64,000 bases of DNA from Bacteroidaceae bacterium (GTDB taxonomy: Bacteria; Bacillota; Clostridia; Oscillospirales; Oscillospiraceae), in assembly GCA_963608145.1 (NCBI GenBank), contig CAVDFD010000001.1, positions 2,304-66,303 of the forward strand, read 5' to 3'. This document shows, in pieces, positions 1-8,199 of the stretch (positions within the stretch are counted from its first letter, which is position 1; the number at the start of each line of letters is the position of its first letter). The notes under the pieces were generated by a model. That model ran no database searches. It saw only the letters and a program-made list of their open reading frames with translations, and was not told the DNA's origin. A program made the translations under genes and the position numbers.

Positions 1-132
1 GTCCGCGTTGGTATATTCGGCTTCGAGCTCAACAAAATCATGCTCATCTTCAATGAAGCTCGGTACAATAATGATAGCGGCAATGATGAGAGCTACGCCG
101 ATTGCTATCCATATGTATTTTGACTTTGACAT
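1..132 (-). CDS. hypothetical membrane-anchored protein, N-terminal 44 codons only (gene continues past the left edge)
   Basis: Not in the ORF track (too short). Minus-strand ATG at 130-132 with a GGGAGG RBS (complement of 138-143) 5 nt upstream. Translates MSKSKYIWIAIGVALIIAAIIIVPSFIEDEHDF..., a short tail plus one TM helix. Lies 15 nt downstream of the 148-1359 gene on the same strand. Confidence 0.45.
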   Translation of the reverse strand, partial: MSKSKYIWIAIGVALIIAAIIIVPSFIEDEHDFVELEAEYTNAD

Positions 133-147
133 GTTTGCCTCCCTTGC

Positions 148-1359
148 TTATTTGGTCAGCCAAAGTGAGTAACTTAGACTTGCATTATTGGCTGCAACGT
201 AAAACGAAGTTGCTCCCGATAGAGGAATATTATATGCAACGGAATATTGAACTTGTGAACTAACATTATATATAGCTGAATGAGAAGCGGTCGAAGGATC
301 AAGGTTAAAGGCGGCCATCATACCAGGCTTATCAAGTGAAGCTGTTGAACTGGCTGCACCGTACTTACAAGTTAAGGTAGCTTGCCTGCCGGTTGAACTG
401 CAAGTTAGCTGACTCGTTAATGAAGATAGAGCGGAGTCAAGGCCACTTGTAGGAAGGCCAAAGAGATCAAGAAAGTATACTATAAGATTTTTGATATTTA
501 TGAAACTGCTGCTGCTATAATGAGAAGTCATATCATCAAGACCTTTGATACTACTGATGTCAGTTGCGGAATTACGTGATAAAGATATGACTAATTTGCT
601 TACACGAACTTTGCTTGATACATTATTAAGATTATCATAATGCGACTTGACCGCGTTTACGTATGGCTGAACTCTTATACCAACTCTATTTGCATTTGAA
701 GCATAGTATACAGACAATGTTTGCCCGTTAACAGATGAAACATTAGTTAGTTTTTTAGTAGTCGACCCTTTCTTCACAAAATTTGCATCGACTTCGAGCG
801 GAGAAACTTCTTCGTCAGAAGGAGAAATAGGTGCGGACTCCAACGAGACATTTGGCCTTACAACATCGACATCATCGGCCATGACACGTTCGCCGAAGGC
901 AAACATAATCTGCGCATCAGAATCAATTAAAGGATTAATAACTATTCCTGCGTTGATTTTGTTTTCACCAACCGATTTTGTAAAACCGGCTGTGAGCGGC
1001 AGATTGATTTCGCCTATTGAAATTTCGCCGTAGAGAGGTCCGTTTAATATACTTGAGCCGTCAGTAAGCTCAAGAAGATCAACATCGCCAGCGGCGGTTA
1101 AAAGATAATCGTTTTCTCCTACGCTTATCGTAGCAGACATGCTTGCATGGAAAATGTCATCTTTCATGGTGCGCGAAACGGTGTAATTATATTCCGCATC
1201 AGCGTTTCCGGTACCAAAAAGAGCCTCAAATCCATCATTTGTTATAGCGGCTATAGAACTGTTTCCATGCAGAGCAATGCCGTCCGCAAAAGCTGTCACG
1301 CCCAGTGACATCATAATAGCAAATATCAGGACAACGCACAAGATTTTTCTAACTTTCAT
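148..1359 (-). CDS. secreted hypothetical protein (403 aa), Ser/Asn/Thr-rich, no recognisable domain
   Basis: Clear Sec signal peptide MKVRKILCVVLIFAIMMSLGVTAFA. AGGAG RBS upstream of the ATG (complement of ~1367-1371). Composition is about 40 percent GC versus about 58 percent in neighbouring genes. I recognise no motif. Confidence 0.7.
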   Translation of the reverse strand: MKVRKILCVVLIFAIMMSLGVTAFADGIALHGNSSIAAITNDGFEALFGTGNADAEYNYTVSRTMKDDIFHASMSATISVGENDYLLTAAGDVDLLELTDGSSILNGPLYGEISIGEINLPLTAGFTKSVGENKINAGIVINPLIDSDAQIMFAFGERVMADDVDVVRPNVSLESAPISPSDEEVSPLEVDANFVKKGSTTKKLTNVSSVNGQTLSVYYASNANRVGIRVQPYVNAVKSHYDNLNNVSSKVRVSKLVISLSRNSATDISSIKGLDDMTSHYSSSSFINIKNLIVYFLDLFGLPTSGLDSALSSLTSQLTCSSTGRQATLTCKYGAASSTASLDKPGMMAAFNLDPSTASHSAIYNVSSQVQYSVAYNIPLSGATSFYVAANNASLSYSLWLTK

Positions 1360-1380
1360 TTTTTGTTCTCCTTTGTTTTT

Positions 1381-1803
1381 TTAATATTCGGCATACATGG
1401 TGATAGTGATGGTTTCCGTGGTTTTTGCGTACAGTGTGAATGTTGTCGTGCAGCGGTAGCTGCCGGAGCCGGTGAGCTGCTCTTTGAAAGATATCATCAT
1501 TCTTGAAGAGCTCACGCTGTGGTAAATGTAATTATCGGAAGTGCCGACATTTACCTTGACCCACTTGGTTCCGGACTTTTTCTCGATACAGGTCTTTGTT
1601 TTGATCTTTGTTACATCACTTTTGCCGGAGCATATGAGCTTAACAGACGCATTTCCGCCTTCGGCAATGCGAAATGCAACAGTCGGCTTTGCTGTGCACA
1701 GGCTTAGAAGCTCAATGCCGCCGGACGGCTGCGCGGCATATGCGGAAACGGGCACGCCGGTGATGATCAAAAGACTCAGTATAAGACAGGCTATCCTTTT
1801 CAT
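1381..1803 (-). CDS. small secreted hypothetical protein (140 aa)
   Basis: Signal peptide MKRIACLILSLLIITGVPVSAYA. GGGAGGG RBS immediately upstream on the minus strand. The beta-rich mature part has 4 Cys. It is first in a minus-strand operon with 148-1359. Confidence 0.7.
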   Translation of the reverse strand: MKRIACLILSLLIITGVPVSAYAAQPSGGIELLSLCTAKPTVAFRIAEGGNASVKLICSGKSDVTKIKTKTCIEKKSGTKWVKVNVGTSDNYIYHSVSSSRMMISFKEQLTGSGSYRCTTTFTLYAKTTETITITMYAEY

Positions 1804-1964
1804 ATATCTTCCCTCCCTTCTGTGTTTTTTTGTCCCCTTATCTATATAGACAGAGAAAAACGAAAAAATAGGACAACTTTTCGAAAAAAATTTTTTAAAT
1901 TTTCAATTGACTTGAAAATACATGAAAAATCATATACACTGTCATCGGAACAGGGGGGATCACC

Positions 1965-2540
1965 TTGCTGATGCTTTATGCAGCCGTCATTGACGATGCG
2001 GCTGAGCTGCGAAGATTCGAGAAGATATATTATGCATATCGCGATCAGATGTTCTTTGTCGCAAATGATATCCTGCACGATGAGCACGAGGCCGAGGATG
2101 CCGTGCAGAATGCCTTTATCGGCATAGCCAAAAACATAAGAAGCCTGCCGACCGATGATAAGCGCGTTGTGCGTGCGTATACGCTGACAGCGGCGAAGAA
2201 TGCGGCGCTCAATATGCTTCCGGCTAAGAAGCGGCGCGATGATCAGATTGATATTGACGAGATAGAGCTTGCAGATAACATTGATGTTTTTGCTCAGGTC
2301 GCTGCCTCCGAGGACAGAGAGACCTTGTCGAGAGCGATAGGGAAGCTGCCGGATATATACAGAGATGTGCTGCTGCTGCACTGCGTCTGCGGACTTAAAG
2401 CCGTGCAGACGGCGCAGCTGCTCGGGCGAAAAAAGGCGACCGTCGAAAAGCAGATAGCAAGAGCACAAATGCTTGTAGTCAGGCTGTGCGTCGAGGAAGG
2501 GATGGTGCTTAAACGTGGAAAAAACAATGACGGTATTTGA
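1965..2540 (+). CDS. RNA polymerase sigma factor, sigma-70 ECF-like family
   Basis: Region-2-like segment EDAVQNAFIGIAKNI and a C-terminal region-4 HTH (LKAVQTAQLLGRKKATVEKQIARA). TTG at 1965 or ATG at 1971, after a G-rich RBS. Followed by an overlapping anti-sigma-like gene. Confidence 0.85.
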   Translation: MLMLYAAVIDDAAELRRFEKIYYAYRDQMFFVANDILHDEHEAEDAVQNAFIGIAKNIRSLPTDDKRVVRAYTLTAAKNAALNMLPAKKRRDDQIDIDEIELADNIDVFAQVAASEDRETLSRAIGKLPDIYRDVLLLHCVCGLKAVQTAQLLGRKKATVEKQIARAQMLVVRLCVEEGMVLKRGKNNDGI

Positions 2541-3273
2541 AAACGCGCTTCTGGATAGGACGCTGCAAGGCTTTGACTATGTCCCTGCCGCAGAGAGCAT
2601 AGAGCACGAGTTTTCCCCGCGCTTTGAAAGAGAAGCCCGAAGGATCATCCAAAAAAGCGCCTCGAATGTGTGGCACTGCGTGAATACGACCGCAAAAAAG
2701 ATACTTATCGCGGCGATAATCGCGGCTCTGCTCACGGGCACGGTTCTTGCCGTCCCTGCGCTGAGGGAGGGGCTTATCAGAATATTCATCCATGACGACG
2801 GCAATTTATATTCCTTTACCGTTGACCGAAACATGATAGCAAACGCACCGACGGAGATCGAAACGGCCTATTCATTGACGTATATTCCTGATGGCTATGA
2901 GCTCGCTAACACAGTAGCTGTCCGTGAAGGTGTCGTATCACTCACTTATATAGATGAAAACGATAGCTGGATAGACTTCAGGCAGGAAATAGTCACGCAG
3001 GATCCGCGCAACAGCCTCAGCGGAGCGGATTCCGAGCGCTCGGAGCTTAAGCATGTCGTGCTAAACGGCTATGAGGTGATACGGATAATCCACGAGGAGG
3101 GCGAGGTGCAGCTCGTGTGGACGGATGACGAATATTTCTTCGAGCTGTTCTGCGATAAGGGCGGCATCGACGAGGCCGAAAAAATATTCTACGGCGTAAA
3201 GCCCGATGCCGAGCTTACGCAGAGGCTGGCAAACGGCGAAAGCATAATGGAAGGTAAATTTGTTGTTGATTAA
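2515..3273 (+). CDS. putative anti-sigma factor, single-pass membrane protein with a DUF4367-like extracellular domain
   Basis: Overlaps the sigma gene stop (2540); start is GTG 2515 or ATG 2527. Short cytoplasmic N-terminus, one TM helix (KILIAAIIAALLTGTVLAV), then a C-terminal domain with the IPDGYEL ... ID motif pattern typical of DUF4367 proteins paired with sigma factors in Clostridia. Confidence 0.7.
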   Translation: MEKTMTVFENALLDRTLQGFDYVPAAESIEHEFSPRFEREARRIIQKSASNVWHCVNTTAKKILIAAIIAALLTGTVLAVPALREGLIRIFIHDDGNLYSFTVDRNMIANAPTEIETAYSLTYIPDGYELANTVAVREGVVSLTYIDENDSWIDFRQEIVTQDPRNSLSGADSERSELKHVVLNGYEVIRIIHEEGEVQLVWTDDEYFFELFCDKGGIDEAEKIFYGVKPDAELTQRLANGESIMEGKFVVD

Positions 3274-3283
3274 GATTAAGTTG

Positions 3284-3319
3284 ACCGCGTTTTTTCGGTT
3301 TGGAAAAACGCGGTTTTTG
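3284..3319 (+). terminator. rho-independent terminator after the sigma/anti-sigma pair
   Basis: ACCGCGTTTTT (3284-3294) pairs with AAAAACGCGGT (3304-3314), followed by TTTTGT. Confidence 0.7.
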
Positions 3320-3359
3320 TTGTACCTCGGAGATAAAGCTGATATAATAAACTGATTAA

Positions 3360-3690
3360 ATGCTGCCTGCGGTGCTGCATGACGCAGCCTAACAAGGAAT
3401 TCGGTGCAAATCCGAAGCAGTCCCGCTGCCGTGAATGGCGACGAGGGCGCAGAAGCCACTGCTTTTATTAAGTAAGCGCTGAATAAATGACAGTCAGCGT
3501 CTGAACGGATAATTTGTGCCCTGATTTAGTCACGTTTTCTTGAAATACACAAAGTATTCCTGCGAAAAAGTGCCGTTATCAGGACTCAAATTCTCTCGCT
3601 CAGCCATCTGACGCATTTAATCATCGCTTACTTAGCGGGAAGGCGCGCCTGAGAGTGACCCATGAGCCGGAAGACTTGCCGCAGTGTGAG
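3360..3690 (+). promoter_or_regulatory. cobalamin (B12) riboswitch with an oversized peripheral insertion
   Basis: Core motifs read directly from the sequence: AACAAGGAA 3391-3399, GGTGCAAATCC 3403-3413, CAGTCCCGCTGCCGTGA 3418-3434, GCCACTG 3455-3461, CGGGAAGGC 3636-3644, and the B12 box AGCCGGAAGACTTGCC 3665-3680. Candidate P1 is CTGCGG 3367-3372 with CCGCAG 3679-3684. Order and spacing match the Rfam RF00174 architecture except for 174 nt between GCCACTG and CGGGAAGGC. Confidence 0.8.
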
Positions 3691-3806
3691 CATTTGAAAT
3701 TCTGAGGAGGTGGGATATATGCGCGAGGACGCATGGACGCTCAATATTACCTACGAGTAGTGTGAGAAAACAAAGAACAGAAAACAACTTACTTGGAGGT
3801 AAAAAC

Positions 3807-6257
3807 ATGAAAAAAAGATCACTGAGCCTGCTTCTGGCTCTCTTAATGGTGCTGAGCCTTATCGTGCCCGGCACGGCAGCGTTTGCCGACGATGCCTCGC
3901 AGTGGCCGAGCTTCCGCGGCAGCGATACGAACATGGCGATAAGCACAGCCGAAACTCCGGCTGACGCACAGCACACGACGCTCAAATGGGCAAATCAGCT
4001 CTCAAGCGACTGGAGCAAAGCTCCCTCCGCGCCGATAATCGTGGGCGATAAGCTCGTCACCCTGTGCGGCGATGAGCTCACGATGCTCTCCCTTGCCGAC
4101 GGCAGCATCGTAAAGAGCGTTAAAACGCAGGCATCCTCCGGCTACGGTCTGATCACTCCCGCCTATGCCGGCGGTATGATAATCGCACCCCTTACCAAGG
4201 GCACGATCGAGGCCTTCGACGCAGAGACGCTTGAGAGCAAGTGGGTCTACACCGATAAGCTCGGCGGTCAGTCTCTGTCTCCGGTGCTGTACTCCGACGG
4301 CAAGCTCTACGCCGGCTTCTGGAACGGCGAGACCGAGGATGCAAGCTTCGTCTGCCTCGATGCCGAGACTGGCAGCCTCGACTGGAGCTGCGCCGTCAAG
4401 GGCGGCTTCTACTTTGCCGGTGCGGTCGCTGTAGGCGACTATGTCTTTGTCGGCACCGACGACGGCGCTAAGGACTCCGCGGGCGACGGCGCACTGCTGG
4501 CCTTCAAAAAGACCTACGCCGAAAATGAAGAGGTAAAGCCCGTATCGAGCGCAGCTCTCATCGGCTGCGGCGATGTGCGCAGCAGCCTTGCATACTCCGA
4601 CGGCAAGGTTTACTTCACCACCAAGGGCGGCTATCTGGGTTCCGCCGCTGTTGACGGTGAAAGCGGCGAGATAAGCAGCGTCAAGACCGTACCCTTCGGC
4701 GCTCAGAGCACCTCGACTCCCGTTGTTTACGGCGATCACGTTTACTTCGGCGCAGGCAAGGGCTTTGACGATCCCGGCATGTTCGTCATCGCGGACAAGA
4801 ACACTCTCGAGGTCAAGAACACCGTCGAGCTCAAGGGCAACGCCCAGTGCTCGATGCTCCTGTCCACGGCCTATCTTGAGACCGAAGGATATCTGTATTT
4901 CTACAGCACCTATAACACCACGCCCGGCGGCGTTTCGCTCATAAAGGTCAAGGCCGACGATGTCAGCAAGACGGAGCTGGTCGAGCTCTTCGATGCCGTG
5001 GGCTATGAAAACTACTGCGTTTGCAGCCTCATCTGCGATGCAGACGGCAATATCTATTACAAAAACGACAGCGGCACGATCTTCTGCCTGAGCAACGAGC
5101 TCAGCGAGGATGTTCTCGTGAGCATAGCAAACAAGGGCGGCGTTGAGCTCAGCTACGCCTGCGTCACCGCCTCCGACCGCAACGCCGACGGCATCATCGA
5201 CATTGACGAGGTGCTGTATGCCGCACACGAGAAGTATTACGAGGGCGGCGCAGCGGAAGGCTACGCCACCGCAAGCAGCGAATACGGCGCGTATATAAGC
5301 AAGCTCTGGGGCGACGAGAGCGGCAACTTCGGCTACTTTGTCGATAACAGCATGGCCATGAGCCTCGGCGACAAGGTCAGCGAGGGTCAGCATGTCTATG
5401 CCTATGTAAACGCAAACGCATATCCCAATAACGACGCATACGCCTATTTCGAAGGCTCCTCGGCAGACACCGCAGCTTATGCGTCGCTCACCCTCAAGCT
5501 CACCGCTCAGAACGGCTACGACGAGAACTGGAGCCCCAAGTTCGAGGCATATGACAATGCTCAGCTCAAGGCCTACAGCGCCGATCTCAAGACCGAGATA
5601 AAGGACTTCAAGGCAGCATCGCTCGGAAACGGTGAGTATAAGCTCAGCTTCCTGAGCGCCGGCGAGTACTGCGTTGTCGCAACAGCAGAGAATAACGCAA
5701 TTATCCCCGCGGTGTGTATGGTAAGCGTTAAGGAAACTGAGAGCTTTAGCGATGTCAAGGACGGCAGCTATTACTACGATGCCGCAATGTGGGGCAGCGC
5801 AAACGGCGTAGTCAACGGCTACGGCGACGGCATTTTCCTTCCCGACGGTCGGTGCACCCGCGCCCAGATCGTGAGCTTCCTCTACCGTTTGGCAGGCAGC
5901 CCCGAGGTAAGCGGTGAGTGCAGCTTCAAGGACGTTCCCGACAGCTACTATAAAAATGCCGTTATCTGGGCGGCGGAGAACGGGGTCACAAAGGGTACGA
6001 CTGCCGACACCTTCTCTCCCAACGCCGTGTGCACCCGCGCACAGGCAATGACCATGCTCTACCGCTACCTCGACGCACCCGAGTATGAGGCCGGCAGCGG
6101 CTTTGTCGATGTCGCCGACGGTGCGTTCTATGCCGACGCGGTCATGTGGGCGGCGGCAAACGGCGTAGCACAGGGCTATAATGACGGTGCCTTCCGCCCC
6201 GATGCAGTCTGCACCCGCGCCCAGATCGTAACGTTTATCTACCGCGCAGCAGCGTGA
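3807..6257 (+). CDS. cell-wall-anchored surface protein: signal peptide, PQQ/BamB-like beta-propeller, middle domain, three C-terminal SLH domains
   Basis: ATG 3807 follows a GGAGG RBS; the track ORF starts upstream at 3762. Signal peptide MKKRSLSLLLALLMVLSLIVPGTAAFA. Repeated propeller-like blades (G.L.A.D..TG...W type). Three SLH repeats at the C-terminus (F.DV....YY..AV.WA..NGV..G...F.P....TRAQ). First gene downstream of the B12 riboswitch. Confidence 0.85.
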   Translation: MKKRSLSLLLALLMVLSLIVPGTAAFADDASQWPSFRGSDTNMAISTAETPADAQHTTLKWANQLSSDWSKAPSAPIIVGDKLVTLCGDELTMLSLADGSIVKSVKTQASSGYGLITPAYAGGMIIAPLTKGTIEAFDAETLESKWVYTDKLGGQSLSPVLYSDGKLYAGFWNGETEDASFVCLDAETGSLDWSCAVKGGFYFAGAVAVGDYVFVGTDDGAKDSAGDGALLAFKKTYAENEEVKPVSSAALIGCGDVRSSLAYSDGKVYFTTKGGYLGSAAVDGESGEISSVKTVPFGAQSTSTPVVYGDHVYFGAGKGFDDPGMFVIADKNTLEVKNTVELKGNAQCSMLLSTAYLETEGYLYFYSTYNTTPGGVSLIKVKADDVSKTELVELFDAVGYENYCVCSLICDADGNIYYKNDSGTIFCLSNELSEDVLVSIANKGGVELSYACVTASDRNADGIIDIDEVLYAAHEKYYEGGAAEGYATASSEYGAYISKLWGDESGNFGYFVDNSMAMSLGDKVSEGQHVYAYVNANAYPNNDAYAYFEGSSADTAAYASLTLKLTAQNGYDENWSPKFEAYDNAQLKAYSADLKTEIKDFKAASLGNGEYKLSFLSAGEYCVVATAENNAIIPAVCMVSVKETESFSDVKDGSYYYDAAMWGSANGVVNGYGDGIFLPDGRCTRAQIVSFLYRLAGSPEVSGECSFKDVPDSYYKNAVIWAAENGVTKGTTADTFSPNAVCTRAQAMTMLYRYLDAPEYEAGSGFVDVADGAFYADAVMWAAANGVAQGYNDGAFRPDAVCTRAQIVTFIYRAAA

Positions 6258-6265
6258 TACCTTAA

Positions 6266-7309
6266 ATGAAAAAAAGATCAGCAACACTTTTACTCTGCGT
6301 TCTCATTATATGCAGCCTGCTTGCAGGCTGCATGAAGAACGCGGAGGCCGTAAACTTCGCCGGTGACATTGAGCTCGGCGAGGACGGCATTATAAAAAAA
6401 GAGGTCTTCGAGCAGCTTGTAAGCGCAAACGAGATAGCCTCCATATGCGGAAAAAGCGGAGCGTACAGCTATAAATGGACGGTATCGGGCGCTGATGTAA
6501 GCGAGCCGAGAGATCTGTGCATGGCTGTCGATATAGCGGAAAACGCCGACGGCAGCATAGCTGTCACGCTCAAAAGCGGCGAGGGCTTCGGCTTTCTTCC
6601 CACGCTGTCGATAACTCTGAATAATAAGTGGGAGGCGCTCGCGGCAAGCGTTTACGATGAAAAGGGCAGCAGGCTCTCAGCAGCTTCCGTCACGGGAAGC
6701 AAAAGCACGAGCCTGAGCTTTAAGCTCTCAGACGGCGTTTTTGCCTACACTATCCGCGCCGATGAGGAAGCTCCCGCGCCTACGAGCAGCGCCAAGCTTT
6801 CCGACGGCAGCCGTACGGAGCAGGATAAGTACAAAACAGACCCCGTTCCGAGCGGAAAGCCAGAGCCGGTCGAGCCGGAGAATACGCCCGACGACACGAC
6901 GCGCAAAAGCTATTGCAGCTTCTCTATAGACTGCACGACCATACTCGGCAATCTCAGCGAATTGAAGCCGGAAAAGCTTGATGTCCTGCCGTCTGACGGC
7001 ATTATTTTAAATACCGTCAGCGTTGAGATATACGAGGGCGAGACGGTGTACGACGTTTTGCAGCGCGTGTGCCGCGAAAACGGGATACAGCTTGAGGCAT
7101 CCTTTACGCCTGCATATAACAGCGCCTATGTCGAGGGCATAGGGAACCTCTATGAAAAGGACTGCGGATCGCTGTCCGGCTGGACGTATATGGTCAACGG
7201 CTGGCAGCCTAACTACGGATGCAGCCGCTATGCGCTGCATGACGGCGACAGGGTGGAGTGGCGCTATACCTGCGACCTCGGCGCGGACGTGGGAGGCGGG
7301 ATGGTCTGA
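6266..7309 (+). CDS. lipoprotein with a C-terminal DUF4430-type domain (candidate corrinoid-binding)
   Basis: Lipobox LLAGC after MKKRSATLLLCVLIICS. The C-terminal segment GWTYMVNGWQPNYGCSRYALHDGDRVEWRY is the hallmark of DUF4430. Only 8 nt after the upstream gene. Confidence 0.8.
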   Translation: MKKRSATLLLCVLIICSLLAGCMKNAEAVNFAGDIELGEDGIIKKEVFEQLVSANEIASICGKSGAYSYKWTVSGADVSEPRDLCMAVDIAENADGSIAVTLKSGEGFGFLPTLSITLNNKWEALAASVYDEKGSRLSAASVTGSKSTSLSFKLSDGVFAYTIRADEEAPAPTSSAKLSDGSRTEQDKYKTDPVPSGKPEPVEPENTPDDTTRKSYCSFSIDCTTILGNLSELKPEKLDVLPSDGIILNTVSVEIYEGETVYDVLQRVCRENGIQLEASFTPAYNSAYVEGIGNLYEKDCGSLSGWTYMVNGWQPNYGCSRYALHDGDRVEWRYTCDLGADVGGGMV

Positions 7310-8199
7310 TGAAGGACGCTTTTTCCGGACTGCATCCGGCGGTGAGCTTTGCCTATTTTGCCGCCGTGCTGACGCTCACGATGCTGTACATGCATCCGCT
7401 GCTGCTTATCCTGAGTCTCATAGGCTCGGCTGTCTATGTCAGCATCCTGAAGGGAGTGAGGCACTTTGCAAAAACGCTTTTGTACCTCGTGCCCTTTCTC
7501 ATCCTGATGTCGCTCATAAACGCCCTGTTCAACCACGGCGGAGTTACGCCGCTTTTCTATCTTTCAAACGGCAATGCGATAACAAGAGAGGCGCTGACCT
7601 TCGGCTTCTTCGCCTCAATGATGTTCTGCGCCGTGATACTGTGGTTTGACTGCTTTAACGCCGTCATGAGCTCGGACAAGCTGCTGTTTCTCTTCGGCAG
7701 GCTCAGCCCGTCGCTGTCGCTGCTGCTGTCAATGTCGCTGCGCCTTGTGCCGAAGCTCGGACGCAAGATACGCAGCATCGATGCTGCCCGCGCCCAGATA
7801 GGCCGCGGCAGTGCGCAGGGCGGCTTTTTCACCCGCGTAAAAAACAGCATGAACGTGCTGTCGGTCACGCTCACTTGGGCGCTTGAAAGCTCCGTGACGG
7901 CGGCAAACTCAATGAAAAGCCGCGGCTACGGCGCAGCCCGAAGAACGAGCTTTTCGGTGTATAAATTCGAGCTGCGCGACGGCATAACGCTTGCCGTGTG
8001 TATACTGGCGGCAGGAGTGACCGTTGCCTGCGTTCTCGGCGGCGGCATCTATGCGCGCTATTATCCATCTGTCATAATAAGCGGCTTCGGCGGCGCGTCC
8101 GCGTCCGGCACTGCGGCGTTTGCGCTGCTGTGCTTTGCACCCCAGCTCTTTGATGCAAAGGAGGCTCTCGTATGGCGGCGTTTGAGATCCGCGATCTGA
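7309..8199 (+). CDS. ECF transporter transmembrane (T) component, CbiQ/EcfT family
   Basis: ATG 7309 overlaps the upstream stop (TGATG). Polytopic membrane protein with the characteristic ...LSMSLRLVP...ARAQIGRG coupling-helix region. Followed by ECF ATPases. Confidence 0.85.
   Translation: MKDAFSGLHPAVSFAYFAAVLTLTMLYMHPLLLILSLIGSAVYVSILKGVRHFAKTLLYLVPFLILMSLINALFNHGGVTPLFYLSNGNAITREALTFGFFASMMFCAVILWFDCFNAVMSSDKLLFLFGRLSPSLSLLLSMSLRLVPKLGRKIRSIDAARAQIGRGSAQGGFFTRVKNSMNVLSVTLTWALESSVTAANSMKSRGYGAARRTSFSVYKFELRDGITLAVCILAAGVTVACVLGGGIYARYYPSVIISGFGGASASGTAAFALLCFAPQLFDAKEALVWRRLRSAI

Noticed and set aside
5740-6257. Three about 180-nt DNA repeats sharing strings such as TGCACCCGCGCCCAGATCGT
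   Set aside because: They are the coding repeats of three tandem SLH domains within the 3807-6257 gene, not a CRISPR array, satellite or mobile-element repeat.
4002-6287. 761-aa minus-strand ORF, the second-longest in the window
   Set aside because: It is exactly antisense to the beta-propeller/SLH gene. The product is a low-complexity Ala/Gly/Val/Cys-rich string without motifs, RBS or signal. This is the typical stop-free shadow frame of a GC3-rich gene.
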